Assembly: GCA_001918745.1 (NCBI GenBank)
Contig: MNGN01000043.1
Location: 1 to 49,183, forward strand
Direction of reading: 5' to 3'
DNA length: 49,183 nt
Source: Crenarchaeota archaeon 13_1_40CM_3_52_17
GTDB lineage: Archaea > Thermoproteota > Bathyarchaeia > 40CM-2-53-6
The position numbers were made by a program, and so were the translations under genes. The notes under the pieces are model-generated. The model did no database searches. It saw nothing but the letters and a program-made list of their open reading frames with translations, and was not told the origin of the DNA. Numbering within the stretch: the stretch's first letter is position 1; each line of letters starts with the position of its first letter. Below are positions 1 to 8,813 of this stretch, one piece after another.

Positions 1-108
1 CTCTGGTTCAACCCCGGCAGCGCAACGGGAACATTCCCCGCTCGACAGAAAACCTATGGCATTCTAACAATCGACAAAGAGATTCATGGAGAAATTATCA
101 GGCTTTGA
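1..108 (+). CDS. C-terminal fragment of a YfcE/MJ0936/Vps29-family metallophosphoesterase (5' end outside window)
   Basis: Frame 1 reads LWFNPGSATGTFPARQKTYGILTIDKEIHGEIIRL*. NPGS followed by TYGIL is the typical C-terminus of this family. Confidence 0.7.
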   Translation, partial: LWFNPGSATGTFPARQKTYGILTIDKEIHGEIIRL

Positions 109-249
109 CAAGTGGGGAAGGGGAATCCATTTCATGATAGCCGGCTCATTAGTTGAAGCATACTTCGTCATGTCGCTGCGGCCGAAATAGACCTCGATAA
201 AACGCCTAAGCTAAGATATTCTTACCATTACCAAATATATCCATCACTG

Positions 250-777
250 TTGACAATAGATAGACGGCCCCTCGGCATTGCTATTTTGGGCATTCTGCAA
301 GAATTGAGCGGAGTTCTGGGGTTTATCCTCAGTCTTGGTATCTTCTTTCTGTCCGGGCTCATTCCTTATCCCCGGCCGCTATCTGAGACTGGCTCGATGT
401 TCTTGGTCGGATTTGCGACGCTAATTCTAAGCATTTTTTCCATTGTAGTTGGATGTGGGTTCCTTAATGCTCAAGGCTGAGCTTGGGTTACCGGCATAGT
501 TCTCAATATTCTGGGCGTTGTATTCGCGATTGCTGAGCTTGCAGTAGGCTCAATCACTGCTGTATTAGGGCTGGTCCTTTCGCTGACAATTCTGGGATAT
601 CTTATGACTCACAGTGTGAAGGTCTACTTTGGACAAGCGCTCCCGTTGACAGACAGGGAAGCTAGAAGCGTCTCTCCGACGTATTCTCCCGCCTCAGATT
701 CGAGAATCATCTGCAAACATTGCGGGAGCGATGTTAGAAAGGGGTCAAGGTGCGGCGTCTGCGGCTCTGCCCTCTGA
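250..777 (+). pseudogene. 4-TM membrane protein with C-terminal double zinc ribbon, interrupted by in-frame TGA at 478-480
   Basis: The frame continues past TGA as AWVTGIVLNILG...VKVYFG...CKHCGSDVRKGSRCGVCGSAL* (777). The stop falls in G*AW, where GWAW would be expected. Confidence 0.75.
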
Positions 778-844
778 CCTCTCAAGCCGCCTACAAGGTC
801 TTCCAACTTGATATTGGTAACTGTCTAGATCCTCGCTAGTCGTC

Positions 845-1234
845 TTGGATATCCAAATAAGCGCGGCTCAGAACAGATCGATAGGGAATTCCTCAATCGT
901 GAACGTTTGTTCGACCTGTGGAGCCGAGAACCTTGATAATGATAGCGTATGCGGAGTTTGCCAAGCGGAACTGGGGGTGGTGAAGCCTGCTGATTCTCGA
1001 TCATGGAAGAAGGTCCCATTTCACTTTATGACCGGGCCGTTGGTGTCAGCACTGGCCTTGCTTTGGTTCTGGTTCGTAGATGGTTTTGTCGGCCTCCTGC
1101 TGCTTATGCTTGGCCTTCTCTTGGTCCTGCTAAGTCTGTCCAGCGGACCAAATGACCCGCCCTTTGGCTGGAGGAAAGTCCGGTGGATGATGCGGAGAAG
1201 GAACGAGGACGAGAGGGAAGAGAAGAAGCCGTAG
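845..1234 (+). CDS. Zinc-ribbon plus 2-TM membrane protein (start may be GTG at 899)
   Basis: CSTCG...CGVCQ, a long hydrophobic stretch and a charged tail. Confidence 0.6.
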   Translation: MDIQISAAQNRSIGNSSIVNVCSTCGAENLDNDSVCGVCQAELGVVKPADSRSWKKVPFHFMTGPLVSALALLWFWFVDGFVGLLLLMLGLLLVLLSLSSGPNDPPFGWRKVRWMMRRRNEDEREEKKP

Positions 1235-1251
1235 GCATGCAGTGAGAACAA

Positions 1252-1899
1252 ATGAAGACACATCCCTGGGAGCTAGCTTGGAGAGACCAGCGGTGGACGG
1301 AGAGTTCCCCACCACTCCCTGCCGTTGCGGACTTCGCCGAGGATTTGAAACGCGAAGGCGCAAAGAGAGTTCTGGACCTAGGCTGCGGCGCAGGCCGCCA
1401 TTCCATACATCTCGGCAAAGCCGGTTTTCAGGTTGTAGCGCTTGACGTCTCGGAAACGGCCCTCAAGACCCTTGAAGGTCGCTTGAACACGTCTTCCATC
1501 GACAACGTCACTCTGGTCAAGCACGAGATGTGGGATCTACCGTTCGTAGACGATTATTTTGACGGAGTGATCTGCACAAACGTTCTCCATCACGGGAAGC
1601 TCGTCCAGATCAAGCAGGCGACCGAAGAGGTTCACCGGGTGATGAAGGAGGGAGCCTTAGCTTTCGTGGTCGCACTATCCACGGCAGATTTCAGAAAGGG
1701 TAATGGCAGGAAACTGGAGCCGAATACCTACGTTTTTACCGAGGGAGAGGAGCGAGGAATAATCCATCACTTCTTCTCGCGGCACGAACTCCAGTTGTGT
1801 TTCAAGGAGTTCAAGGTTGTATCTTTTGAAGAGAGACTGATACCTGTTGAAGAGGGCGGAAAGCGTGCCCATTTTCTAGTGAGACTGAGAAAGTCCTAG
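1252..1899 (+). CDS. Class I SAM-dependent methyltransferase
   Basis: VLDLGCGAGRH motif I, ALDVS, FDGVICTNVLHH. Confidence 0.9.
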   Translation: MKTHPWELAWRDQRWTESSPPLPAVADFAEDLKREGAKRVLDLGCGAGRHSIHLGKAGFQVVALDVSETALKTLEGRLNTSSIDNVTLVKHEMWDLPFVDDYFDGVICTNVLHHGKLVQIKQATEEVHRVMKEGALAFVVALSTADFRKGNGRKLEPNTYVFTEGEERGIIHHFFSRHELQLCFKEFKVVSFEERLIPVEEGGKRAHFLVRLRKS

Positions 1900-1908
1900 A
1901 GTGTTTAG

Positions 1909-2250
1909 TTACTCCTTTGGACCCGCCTCGATGTGTGTGCCCGCAATCATCTTGTTCGCATTATCATACGCTAGGCGAATCAGGTCCTTCGCTGCCTCAA
2001 TATCTTCTTCCGGACGGATTCTGAATGTGACCCAACTGGCTCGATGATGTACGAGGCGATGCCGTTCAGCCTTCCCTGCCTTCAGGACTTGCTCTTGGTC
2101 TTGTCTGGAGAGTCTGATGTCAAGCTGCAAAGTCCCATGAGTGTGCATGAATTGGAGACCATAGACCCGGAATTCTGTGCCGCCTAACTTGTGTAAAGCC
2201 TTAGTGACGTTAGGGAGTTGGAGAATCTAATCTTGGAGAGACTCGGCCAA
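1909..2250 (-). pseudogene. DUF5519/luciferase-like small protein with in-frame TAG at 2227-2229
   Basis: From TTG 2250 the frame reads MAESLQD*ILQLPNVTKALHKLGGTEFRVYGLQFMHTHG..., in frame with ORF 1909-2148. HxxGGxEF, HxHG, WVTFRI and LIRLAY motifs are present. Confidence 0.65.
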
Positions 2251-2262
2251 ACGATACTCGCT

Positions 2263-3390
2263 CTAGGATTTGGCTAGTAGTTTCCCATCCTCCATGACCT
2301 TCTGACCGCTAATTGCTACTGTCGCTTTGGTCATCGAGGCCCACCATGTGCCGCTCGCGGCGTTCTTTCCCCCTTTTGCGCCGCTATGGCCGAATCCGAC
2401 GACGGTGCTTCCAAGGACTTTATCATCCTGGATGAACCCGTGCCGGAGCTTGGGGTTCAGTCCGAATCCGAAATACCCGAAGCGGTTCTCATCGCCGGTT
2501 CCTTCTCTAAGATAACGTTCGAAAATCTCCTTTCCAGATCTCGCAGAAAACTGTTTGATCCGGCCCTGTGCAACTTGAAATGTCAGGTCCTCAACCTGGC
2601 CTTTTCCGGTGCAGATTAGCGAGTCGTAGACTAATCTCCCTTCGGCACTGTCTTCCGCGGCCGAAACCTCGATTCCACCGGTTGGCAAGAAGACAACCTC
2701 TCCTCTCTCGGCCTTCTCTTCTGTTGCTAGGCCATATGAAAAATCGGGTGGGCGCTTGTCAAGTCTGAATCTGAAGTCAGTTCCAAAGGGTGTTGTCAGA
2801 TGCACCATTCCTTCCCCGCCCATCAAGGGTTCCAACGCACGTCCAAGGGAAGCCATCTCTCCCGAGTCAGCGCAGCAGCCATCAAACATGACTCGTCTCC
2901 ACTCCTCCAAATTCAGACCCATAGCCTCTGCGCGTTCCGGGGTCGCGAGAGTGGCTTCGATACCCACCATCCTCACTTTGTTCTTTCTGGCTAGCTTTGC
3001 CCACTGTTCAGCAAAGCTGCTCTTATCATACCTAGCGTCAAGCCATACACTAACCGACCTACGTCTATCAACAGGAATCTTATCCCACGGGATAGGCTTT
3101 CTCGGTCCCAAAGTGTAGATGTAGATGTCAGTCTCTTCCAGGGCAGCGCCAATATGGGCCGGCAAATTGTCAAGGAGTTCCAGTGGAGCATCGATCATCG
3201 AGCGCAACCAAAGGTCTTCCAACTGAACCGTCAGAAGCACCTCGAGACTACGTTTCATAGACTCTAAGGCGAGATCTGACGCTAGCTCAAGCGTGTGGTC
3301 CCAGCTATGGATCCACACCCGCTGACCGGGCTTGGTGCCAAGACAACCATCAAGAACTTGTTTAGAGAGCGTCGCGTGCTCGGTATCCAT
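2263..3390 (-). CDS. Peptidase M29 (thermophilic aminopeptidase)-like protein, metal ligands apparently lost
   Basis: GTDFRF, LPTG, AEGRLVYD, GxGLNP and DDKVLG family motifs are present. Expected Glu/His/Asp ligand positions are substituted. Confidence 0.75.
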   Translation of the reverse strand: MDTEHATLSKQVLDGCLGTKPGQRVWIHSWDHTLELASDLALESMKRSLEVLLTVQLEDLWLRSMIDAPLELLDNLPAHIGAALEETDIYIYTLGPRKPIPWDKIPVDRRRSVSVWLDARYDKSSFAEQWAKLARKNKVRMVGIEATLATPERAEAMGLNLEEWRRVMFDGCCADSGEMASLGRALEPLMGGEGMVHLTTPFGTDFRFRLDKRPPDFSYGLATEEKAERGEVVFLPTGGIEVSAAEDSAEGRLVYDSLICTGKGQVEDLTFQVAQGRIKQFSARSGKEIFERYLREGTGDENRFGYFGFGLNPKLRHGFIQDDKVLGSTVVGFGHSGAKGGKNAASGTWWASMTKATVAISGQKVMEDGKLLAKS

Positions 3391-3420
3391 TCGTGCAAGT
3401 CCTTACTTGTTCCGGAAGGT

Positions 3421-4235
3421 CTACTTGAGGTGTTTCCTGCCAATGTAGATCAGATGTTCGGCGGCTCCGTGCAGGCTCGGGTCCTTTCCAAGTCTATAGT
3501 TTAGGTCGACCCAGGAGTCGAACTCATCGCCCTTCAACTCGTTGATTTTTTCTTCGATCATGCTGATGGTGCCTTCACAACCCATGAGGTCTAGGTCTTC
3601 GAACCCGTTTCTTTTCATTGACGGGCTGATTTCTGCAGAATGGGTAAAATACGAATTTGTGAATCCTACACGCGCCTTTGAGGGTATGCCGGTAGCAGAT
3701 GGACCCCACACACCTGTTTCCAAAAGCTCATTTCCCGGCGAAAGCCACTCGGGTTCATCCTTCGCCGACCAGCGCAGAGGAGCATATCGTGTAATGAAGG
3801 TCGCGAATACAAATCCGTTCTTCTCGATGACCCTGTGAGTTTCCTTCACAGCCCAGTCTCGACTGTCTTCTTCGAGGAGATGATACAATGGCCCCACCAA
3901 CAACACAACATCAAAGCTACTGTCTTTGAACCGACGAAGGTCGGTTGCGTTTCCACGTAGACACTCCGTGAAGCTTACACCTTCTTCTTGGGCCTTCTTC
4001 TGAGCGAGCTGAAGGCAACCCTCAGAGAGGTCTAACAAGGTGACTCGATATCCGAGTTTGGCGAGGGCGATAGAATATCGGCCTGGACCCCGCCCACATC
4101 CAATACTTCAGCTGGGAAATGGGGGAGATAGTCTTTGAGTGCTCTCAGCGTAACAGCGAATTCTGTTCTGTGATGGTCAAGTCTATCCCACTCATTCTGA
4201 GAGTTCTTATCATAGAATGCTTGAACCTCGTCCAA
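3421..4235 (-). pseudogene. Class I SAM methyltransferase split by a 1-nt deletion (G-run at 4088-4091)
   Basis: Adding one G restores VLDVGGGPGRYSIALAKLGYRVTLLDLSEG and joins ORFs 4032-4235 and 3421-4038. Possibly an assembly error. Confidence 0.85.
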
Positions 4236-4324
4236 GTTCCCTAAGTCCGCATTACTCTCAGATTAGGGGTTGCATGTACGTCATTACAACGGTTTAACCA
4301 AATGCCCTTCGATAAATGGTTCAT

Positions 4325-4511
4325 ATCTGGACAGTGGACACTCCGGTTCTGCCAAGTCTTCGGTTGTTCTAGGACTTGGCTTGCTCTCATCGACTCTGAG
4401 GATTACCGTCGTCGGCGGGTTCCCCTTCATTGCTTCACTTGAGAGCCCTTGCGCCTCAGAGACGAGTAGTCTCTTCTTGGCAGGGAACGGTCGAACCTCA
4501 ACCGCCCCCTC
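4325..4511 (-). ncRNA. Putative TnpB omegaRNA-like RNA: scaffold ending in CAGAACC plus flank-derived guide GGAGTGTCCACTGTCCAGAT
   Basis: Stems GGGGGCGGT/ACCGTTCCC (loop TGAGGTTCG), GCTCTCA/TGAGAGC and GCCAAGTC/GACTTGGC covary with copy 2. Loop GGTTC is complementary to the terminal GAACC. Confidence 0.6.
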
Positions 4512-4638
4512 ACGCCCGTAGCGTGGTAGCTTGGCCCATTGCCAGGCAAGGATTTTACGGTGGCCAACCAACCAGATATCCCGGTTCACGCCTCTCACGT
4601 GGTCGGAGTCACTCCCCTCATTCCAACATGACAGGCCC
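4345..4638 (-). mobile_element. Non-autonomous TIR-bounded (MITE-like) element carrying a tnpB 3' end/omegaRNA scaffold, copy 1
   Basis: Ends GGTTCTGCCAAGT (4345) and ACATGACAGGCCC (4638) form a 9/13 inverted match. The minus strand reads RGRLRFDRSLP, then after a frameshift EAQGLSSEAMKGNPPTTVILRVDESK, resembling an archaeal TnpB C-terminal tail. Homologous to 37467-37678. Confidence 0.7.
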
Positions 4639-4720
4639 ATACAACGAACGCCTTAGCCTGTGTGGGTCATTCCTCGAACATAACACTTAGAGATGACCGA
4701 AGCTACCACCCACCAGCAAA

Positions 4721-5710
4721 ATGAAGAGCTTGCAAGTGCCCACACTCCCATTGCAGATCAGCGAGTTCAGGGCTGATGACTACGGGAAGTTGGCCCACGT
4801 CTTCGGCTCCATCTTTCCTGATTACGACCGGACACCGGAGGAGTGGCGGTTTGAAGATGAGAGTCTCGACAAGTCAAAGTTTCATTTCAAACGATACTCG
4901 TGTTTTAGCCCGGAGGTCCAAGACGCTGTTGGGTTTGCTCAGTGTCAACATATTCCCTGGATGTATCATCCAAAGAAGCTCTGGGTCGATATCTGGGTCG
5001 ATCCACAGCACCAGAGGAAAGGCATTGGGAATGCACTCTACGAGCGGCTGAGCCAGGACTTCAAAGTTCTTGGCGCCGTCACATCTTGGACGGGCGTGAG
5101 GGAGGACATGCCGTTTCCGATCAAGTTCGCCATGAACCGAGGGTTCCATGAGAAGATGAGGGCTTGGGAATCACGTCTCAACCCGGCCACGGTCAACCTC
5201 TTAGCTTTCCAAAAATATCTGGACAAAGCGTCCCAACATCGAATCCACTTCGTCACATTAGCCGACGAAATGAGTAGCGATCCTGCATGTTATGCCAAAC
5301 TTCATGCTCTGGTTCAAGCCGTCTCAGCAGATATTCCTCGACCTGAACAGTTCACTCCTGTCTCTTTCGAGCAATGGTCAGCTTTCGAGATGAAAAGTCC
5401 CAACTTGGTCCCTCAAGGCTACATGATCGCGAAAGATGGCGACAGGTACGTGGGCATGAGCACTGTGTGGAAGGCTCAGAAGGACCCCAAGGGACTCTAT
5501 CAGGGATTGACGGGAGTCGTACGCGACTATCGGGGACGTGGAATAGCGGTCGCTTTGAAGCTCAAGGTCATCGAGTTCGCAAGGAACAACAAGTACGAGA
5601 AGCTGAAGACCTGGAACGACTCGACCAACGCGCCCATGCTGGGGATTAACGTGAAGCTTGGCTTCAAACGAGAGGTCGGCTGGATAACTTTCGAGAAGAA
5701 CCTGGCATAG
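4721..5710 (+). CDS. Tandem-domain GNAT acetyltransferase
   Basis: Two acetyl-CoA loops (VDPQHQRKGIG and TGVVRDYRGRGIA) and NxxxNAPMLGINVKLGF. Confidence 0.9.
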   Translation: MKSLQVPTLPLQISEFRADDYGKLAHVFGSIFPDYDRTPEEWRFEDESLDKSKFHFKRYSCFSPEVQDAVGFAQCQHIPWMYHPKKLWVDIWVDPQHQRKGIGNALYERLSQDFKVLGAVTSWTGVREDMPFPIKFAMNRGFHEKMRAWESRLNPATVNLLAFQKYLDKASQHRIHFVTLADEMSSDPACYAKLHALVQAVSADIPRPEQFTPVSFEQWSAFEMKSPNLVPQGYMIAKDGDRYVGMSTVWKAQKDPKGLYQGLTGVVRDYRGRGIAVALKLKVIEFARNNKYEKLKTWNDSTNAPMLGINVKLGFKREVGWITFEKNLA

Positions 5711-5716
5711 ATCAGG

Positions 5717-6838
5717 ATGAAGTCGAAGCTCCCAGTTCTCACCCTCAAAGGCTCACCGCGCCAAATAGGATACGATCACGGAAGGAAAGCTCGTCCAGAA
5801 ATAGAGGACAACCTAGAGGTCTACTTTCGTCGGTTCAAAAGCGAAACCGAACTCTCCCATGATCTAGCAATCAGTCGAGCAGCGAAATTCCTAGACGTGA
5901 TCGACAAGATCAGCCCGGAATACGCTGAAACAATGAAGGGCGTGGCCGTTGGCTCTGGCCAGGAAATCCTCGACATCACCGCATTGAACGTCCGCTATGA
6001 GCTGATGTACAGCCAGTTCTCGAAAATTGGATTAAAGCCGATGCCCAAGACCTTCGGCTGCACAGCCTTCGCTACGCTTCCCGCAGCGGTCGAGAACGGG
6101 CATTTGATCATGGCGCAGAACTGGGACTGGATACCAGAAGTCGAAGGACTCTTCCTCAAGGTCAAAAACGAAAACGGCCCTGACACACTGTCATTCACAG
6201 AAGCAGGAGTAGTCGGCGGAAAAATCGGCCTAAACTCCGAAGGACTAGGTCTCCTGATAAACGGAATAGTTTCCAGCAAAGACGACTGGGCACGTCTTAA
6301 GAAACCCTTCCACGTCCGATGCTGGGAGATTCTTCGATCCAGAACCCTCGCACGCGCGAGGGCGGTCATTTCACAGGGTCAAAGAAATTGTTCAGCCAAT
6401 TTCATACTGGGACAACAGAAAACTGCCAGATCAGGCAAGGTAGTCGATATTGAAACTGCGCCAGAAGCGGTTTGTGAGCTCCGACCCGACCGAGGAGCCG
6501 TGGCGCACACGAACCATTTCTCAAACCCGAGAATACTTGGCGTCAAACAGGTCTTGGACGAAGAACGATTATCGACTCTCCAACGATATCGAAGAATACA
6601 GGAGCTCTTGGACGGTTCGGTTCGCGTCGGACGAAAACTGGGAATTTCTGACGCAAAAAACATGTTGAGAGACCATTATGGGAAGCCCGAATCTGTTTGC
6701 AGGCATTCGAACATGAAACTCCCAGAGTACGAGAGATACGAAACGGTCGTTTCTGTAATAATGGATCTGCCCACCAGAAAAATGTGGGCTGCGACCGGCA
6801 CACCCTGCTCCACTGAATATCGCTCGATGAGTCTCTAG
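5717..6838 (+). CDS. Peptidase C45 / acyl-CoA:6-APA acyltransferase-like Ntn hydrolase
   Basis: G-C-T autocleavage site, AQNWDW, GLNSEGL, HTNHF. Confidence 0.88.
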   Translation: MKSKLPVLTLKGSPRQIGYDHGRKARPEIEDNLEVYFRRFKSETELSHDLAISRAAKFLDVIDKISPEYAETMKGVAVGSGQEILDITALNVRYELMYSQFSKIGLKPMPKTFGCTAFATLPAAVENGHLIMAQNWDWIPEVEGLFLKVKNENGPDTLSFTEAGVVGGKIGLNSEGLGLLINGIVSSKDDWARLKKPFHVRCWEILRSRTLARARAVISQGQRNCSANFILGQQKTARSGKVVDIETAPEAVCELRPDRGAVAHTNHFSNPRILGVKQVLDEERLSTLQRYRRIQELLDGSVRVGRKLGISDAKNMLRDHYGKPESVCRHSNMKLPEYERYETVVSVIMDLPTRKMWAATGTPCSTEYRSMSL

Positions 6839-6910
6839 AAGTATTCCGGAAGAAATCTTCTAGCCGAATCATATTTCTACAAGCAGATCCATCTACCAAG
6901 CAGTCAGTTC

Positions 6911-7828
6911 ATGCCCTCCGCCCAGAAACGAAAAGTTCTAGAAAAGACACGAAAGCGAGAGAGCCGAGGAAGGACTTACCTCATCGCAATCGTCCTAATA
7001 GTGGCAGCGCTAGGGGTTGGCTACTATGCTTACTTGCTCGCAACAGCGGCACGCCCAGATTTCATAATCGCGGCTCCTCCAGGCGTGGCGGTCCGAGCGG
7101 GAACTCCCACTACCTCAAAAGTCAATGTGACCGCCGTGAATCAGTTTAACGGAGTCGTCGACCTGACCGCTACAGGCTCTGCTGGCCTAACTGTGTCGAT
7201 TACCCCTACAACCATCACCGGCTCTGGGGTCGCCACGTTGACTGCGTCCTCCGCGACAAACGGCACTTATTCCGTCACCGTGACCGGCACCAGTGGCAGC
7301 CTGACACACACAGTGAACATGGTAACAGCACCACTCTTGGCCGCATTGTCCACCACGGACGGAACAATCGTGGTCCAGCTCTTTCCTGCTTCAGCCCCTA
7401 AGACGGTGGCGAACATTGTCAGTCTAGCTCAATCAGGGTTCTACACGAATCTCGTCTGGCACAGGATAGTCAGAACCAGTCCAGGCGTAATACAGACTGG
7501 AGATCCAAACACGAGGGGCGGTTACACGGACAGATCAACATGGGGCACAGGAGGCTCCTCGCAGACAGTTCCCCTCGAGATAGACAGTTCCCTCCACAAC
7601 GATAGAGGGTTCCTTGGAATGGCTCGTTCATCTGACCCAAACAGTGGAAGCTCCCAGTTTTACATCAATATGGCCAACAACAACTATCTGGACGGGCAGT
7701 ACACGGTCTTCGGGAAGGTGCTAAGCGGTATGAATGCAGCTGACGCGCTCTGGAATACTCCCACTAATTCCCAGGATCAGCCAATTAACCCAGTGTTTCT
7801 GTTGAGTGTTACAATATCTGGCAGTTAG
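6911..7828 (+). CDS. Membrane-anchored cyclophilin-type peptidyl-prolyl isomerase with an Ig-like domain
   Basis: Basic N-terminus plus TM helix and a Thr-rich beta domain, followed by APKTVAN, HRIV, IQTGDP, GMARS, SGSSQFYI and LDGQYTVFGKV. Confidence 0.9.
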   Translation: MPSAQKRKVLEKTRKRESRGRTYLIAIVLIVAALGVGYYAYLLATAARPDFIIAAPPGVAVRAGTPTTSKVNVTAVNQFNGVVDLTATGSAGLTVSITPTTITGSGVATLTASSATNGTYSVTVTGTSGSLTHTVNMVTAPLLAALSTTDGTIVVQLFPASAPKTVANIVSLAQSGFYTNLVWHRIVRTSPGVIQTGDPNTRGGYTDRSTWGTGGSSQTVPLEIDSSLHNDRGFLGMARSSDPNSGSSQFYINMANNNYLDGQYTVFGKVLSGMNAADALWNTPTNSQDQPINPVFLLSVTISGS

Positions 7829-7843
7829 CGAGAAGCTCCGGCC

Positions 7844-8758
7844 TCAAGGTCCCGCTGCTGTTCTGAGGTAGTAGGCCCAGTAGCCTTTCGCGCGTCCATA
7901 CTTCTCCGCAATAACATGGAGCCTCTGTTCTTTCATTGGTCTTCCATAGACTCTGCCTGCTGCGGCGATCAATCTCTTCTCGACTGCGAGCTTGTCCATT
8001 CGTCCGAGGCCTCTTAGCATTATGAGCCTCGAGGAGAACTCTCCTATTCCCCTGATGTTCTTCAGCCAGTCCTCCACTTTGTCATACTCTCCCGTTCTAA
8101 GGAATCTCTCGTCGACCTCGGTGAATGCCTTGGTGATATGGGCGAGATAGTCTTCTCGTCGTTCATGTCTGATGAGTTGTTTCAGATCTTCATTGGAAGT
8201 CTCAGCTAGTTGGCCAGGCTCTGGAAATGCTCTGTAAACGTGACCGTTTACTTCGAGGCTCGTGCCAAATCGTTCAAGCAATGCCTGTTTGGCTTTTCGT
8301 GCAGCGTTCAGTTGGTTCCTTTGTGAGAGAACTGCCCAGCATGCACACTCGAATGGTGTGAGAAATTTGACTTGGTGTAGCCCGTAGAGCTTCTGAAGAA
8401 CAGGGGCAAAGTTGGGATCGTTGATCGCTATCCGATAGAACTGGTCCAGATCGTCATTGAGACTTAGAAAGAAGGAGATCCTATCGAGTATCACATCTGT
8501 AAGCCCATGAGAAAAAGGATGATCCGAAAAGAGAGTGTATCTCAGAGCAGGCATCTTGATCGTTCCGGTCGGTTTGAGCTGGAAGACAATCGTTCGGCCG
8601 CCAACACGGATCGCTTTCGTAAGCGAGACCTCGCTCACGGTCTGGTCCTCCTGCATGGGAGGAAACATTCCTAGAAAGTCCAGTGACTTTGCAAAATCAA
8701 AAGGGGGTGTTGGCCGAAGAGAACCTTCTTCAGAATGCAAGCCCCTTTCGTGGATCAT
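7844..8758 (-). CDS. AlkA-like DNA-3-methyladenine glycosylase (HhH-GPD)
   Basis: PFECACWAVLSQ, AFPEP and the HhH motif LKNIRGIGEFS. Confidence 0.85.
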   Translation of the reverse strand: MIHERGLHSEEGSLRPTPPFDFAKSLDFLGMFPPMQEDQTVSEVSLTKAIRVGGRTIVFQLKPTGTIKMPALRYTLFSDHPFSHGLTDVILDRISFFLSLNDDLDQFYRIAINDPNFAPVLQKLYGLHQVKFLTPFECACWAVLSQRNQLNAARKAKQALLERFGTSLEVNGHVYRAFPEPGQLAETSNEDLKQLIRHERREDYLAHITKAFTEVDERFLRTGEYDKVEDWLKNIRGIGEFSSRLIMLRGLGRMDKLAVEKRLIAAAGRVYGRPMKEQRLHVIAEKYGRAKGYWAYYLRTAAGP

Positions 8759-8813
8759 ACGCCTAGAGACAATGTCATGGTTGCCTACTTAGGTAGGCCG
8801 GACGGTCAACCCT

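Noticed and set aside
1171-1181. GAGGAAAGTCC matches the RNase P RNA 5' conserved motif
   Set aside because: It lies inside a CDS (W-R-K-V-R), no matching 3' P4 strand was found downstream, and the downstream region is a clear methyltransferase gene.
478-2229. Selenocysteine/pyrrolysine or alternative genetic code for the in-frame TGA and TAG
   Set aside because: The positions fit Trp rather than catalytic Cys or Lys, both codons terminate many genes here, and no recoding machinery is in the window.
4270-4690. ORFs 4270-4521, 4284-4640 and 4430-4690 as real proteins, or the region as RNase P/SRP RNA
   Set aside because: No RNase P or SRP signatures. The TnpB-like residues are split across frames and lack RuvC and Zn-finger motifs. 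Better explained as the TIR element.
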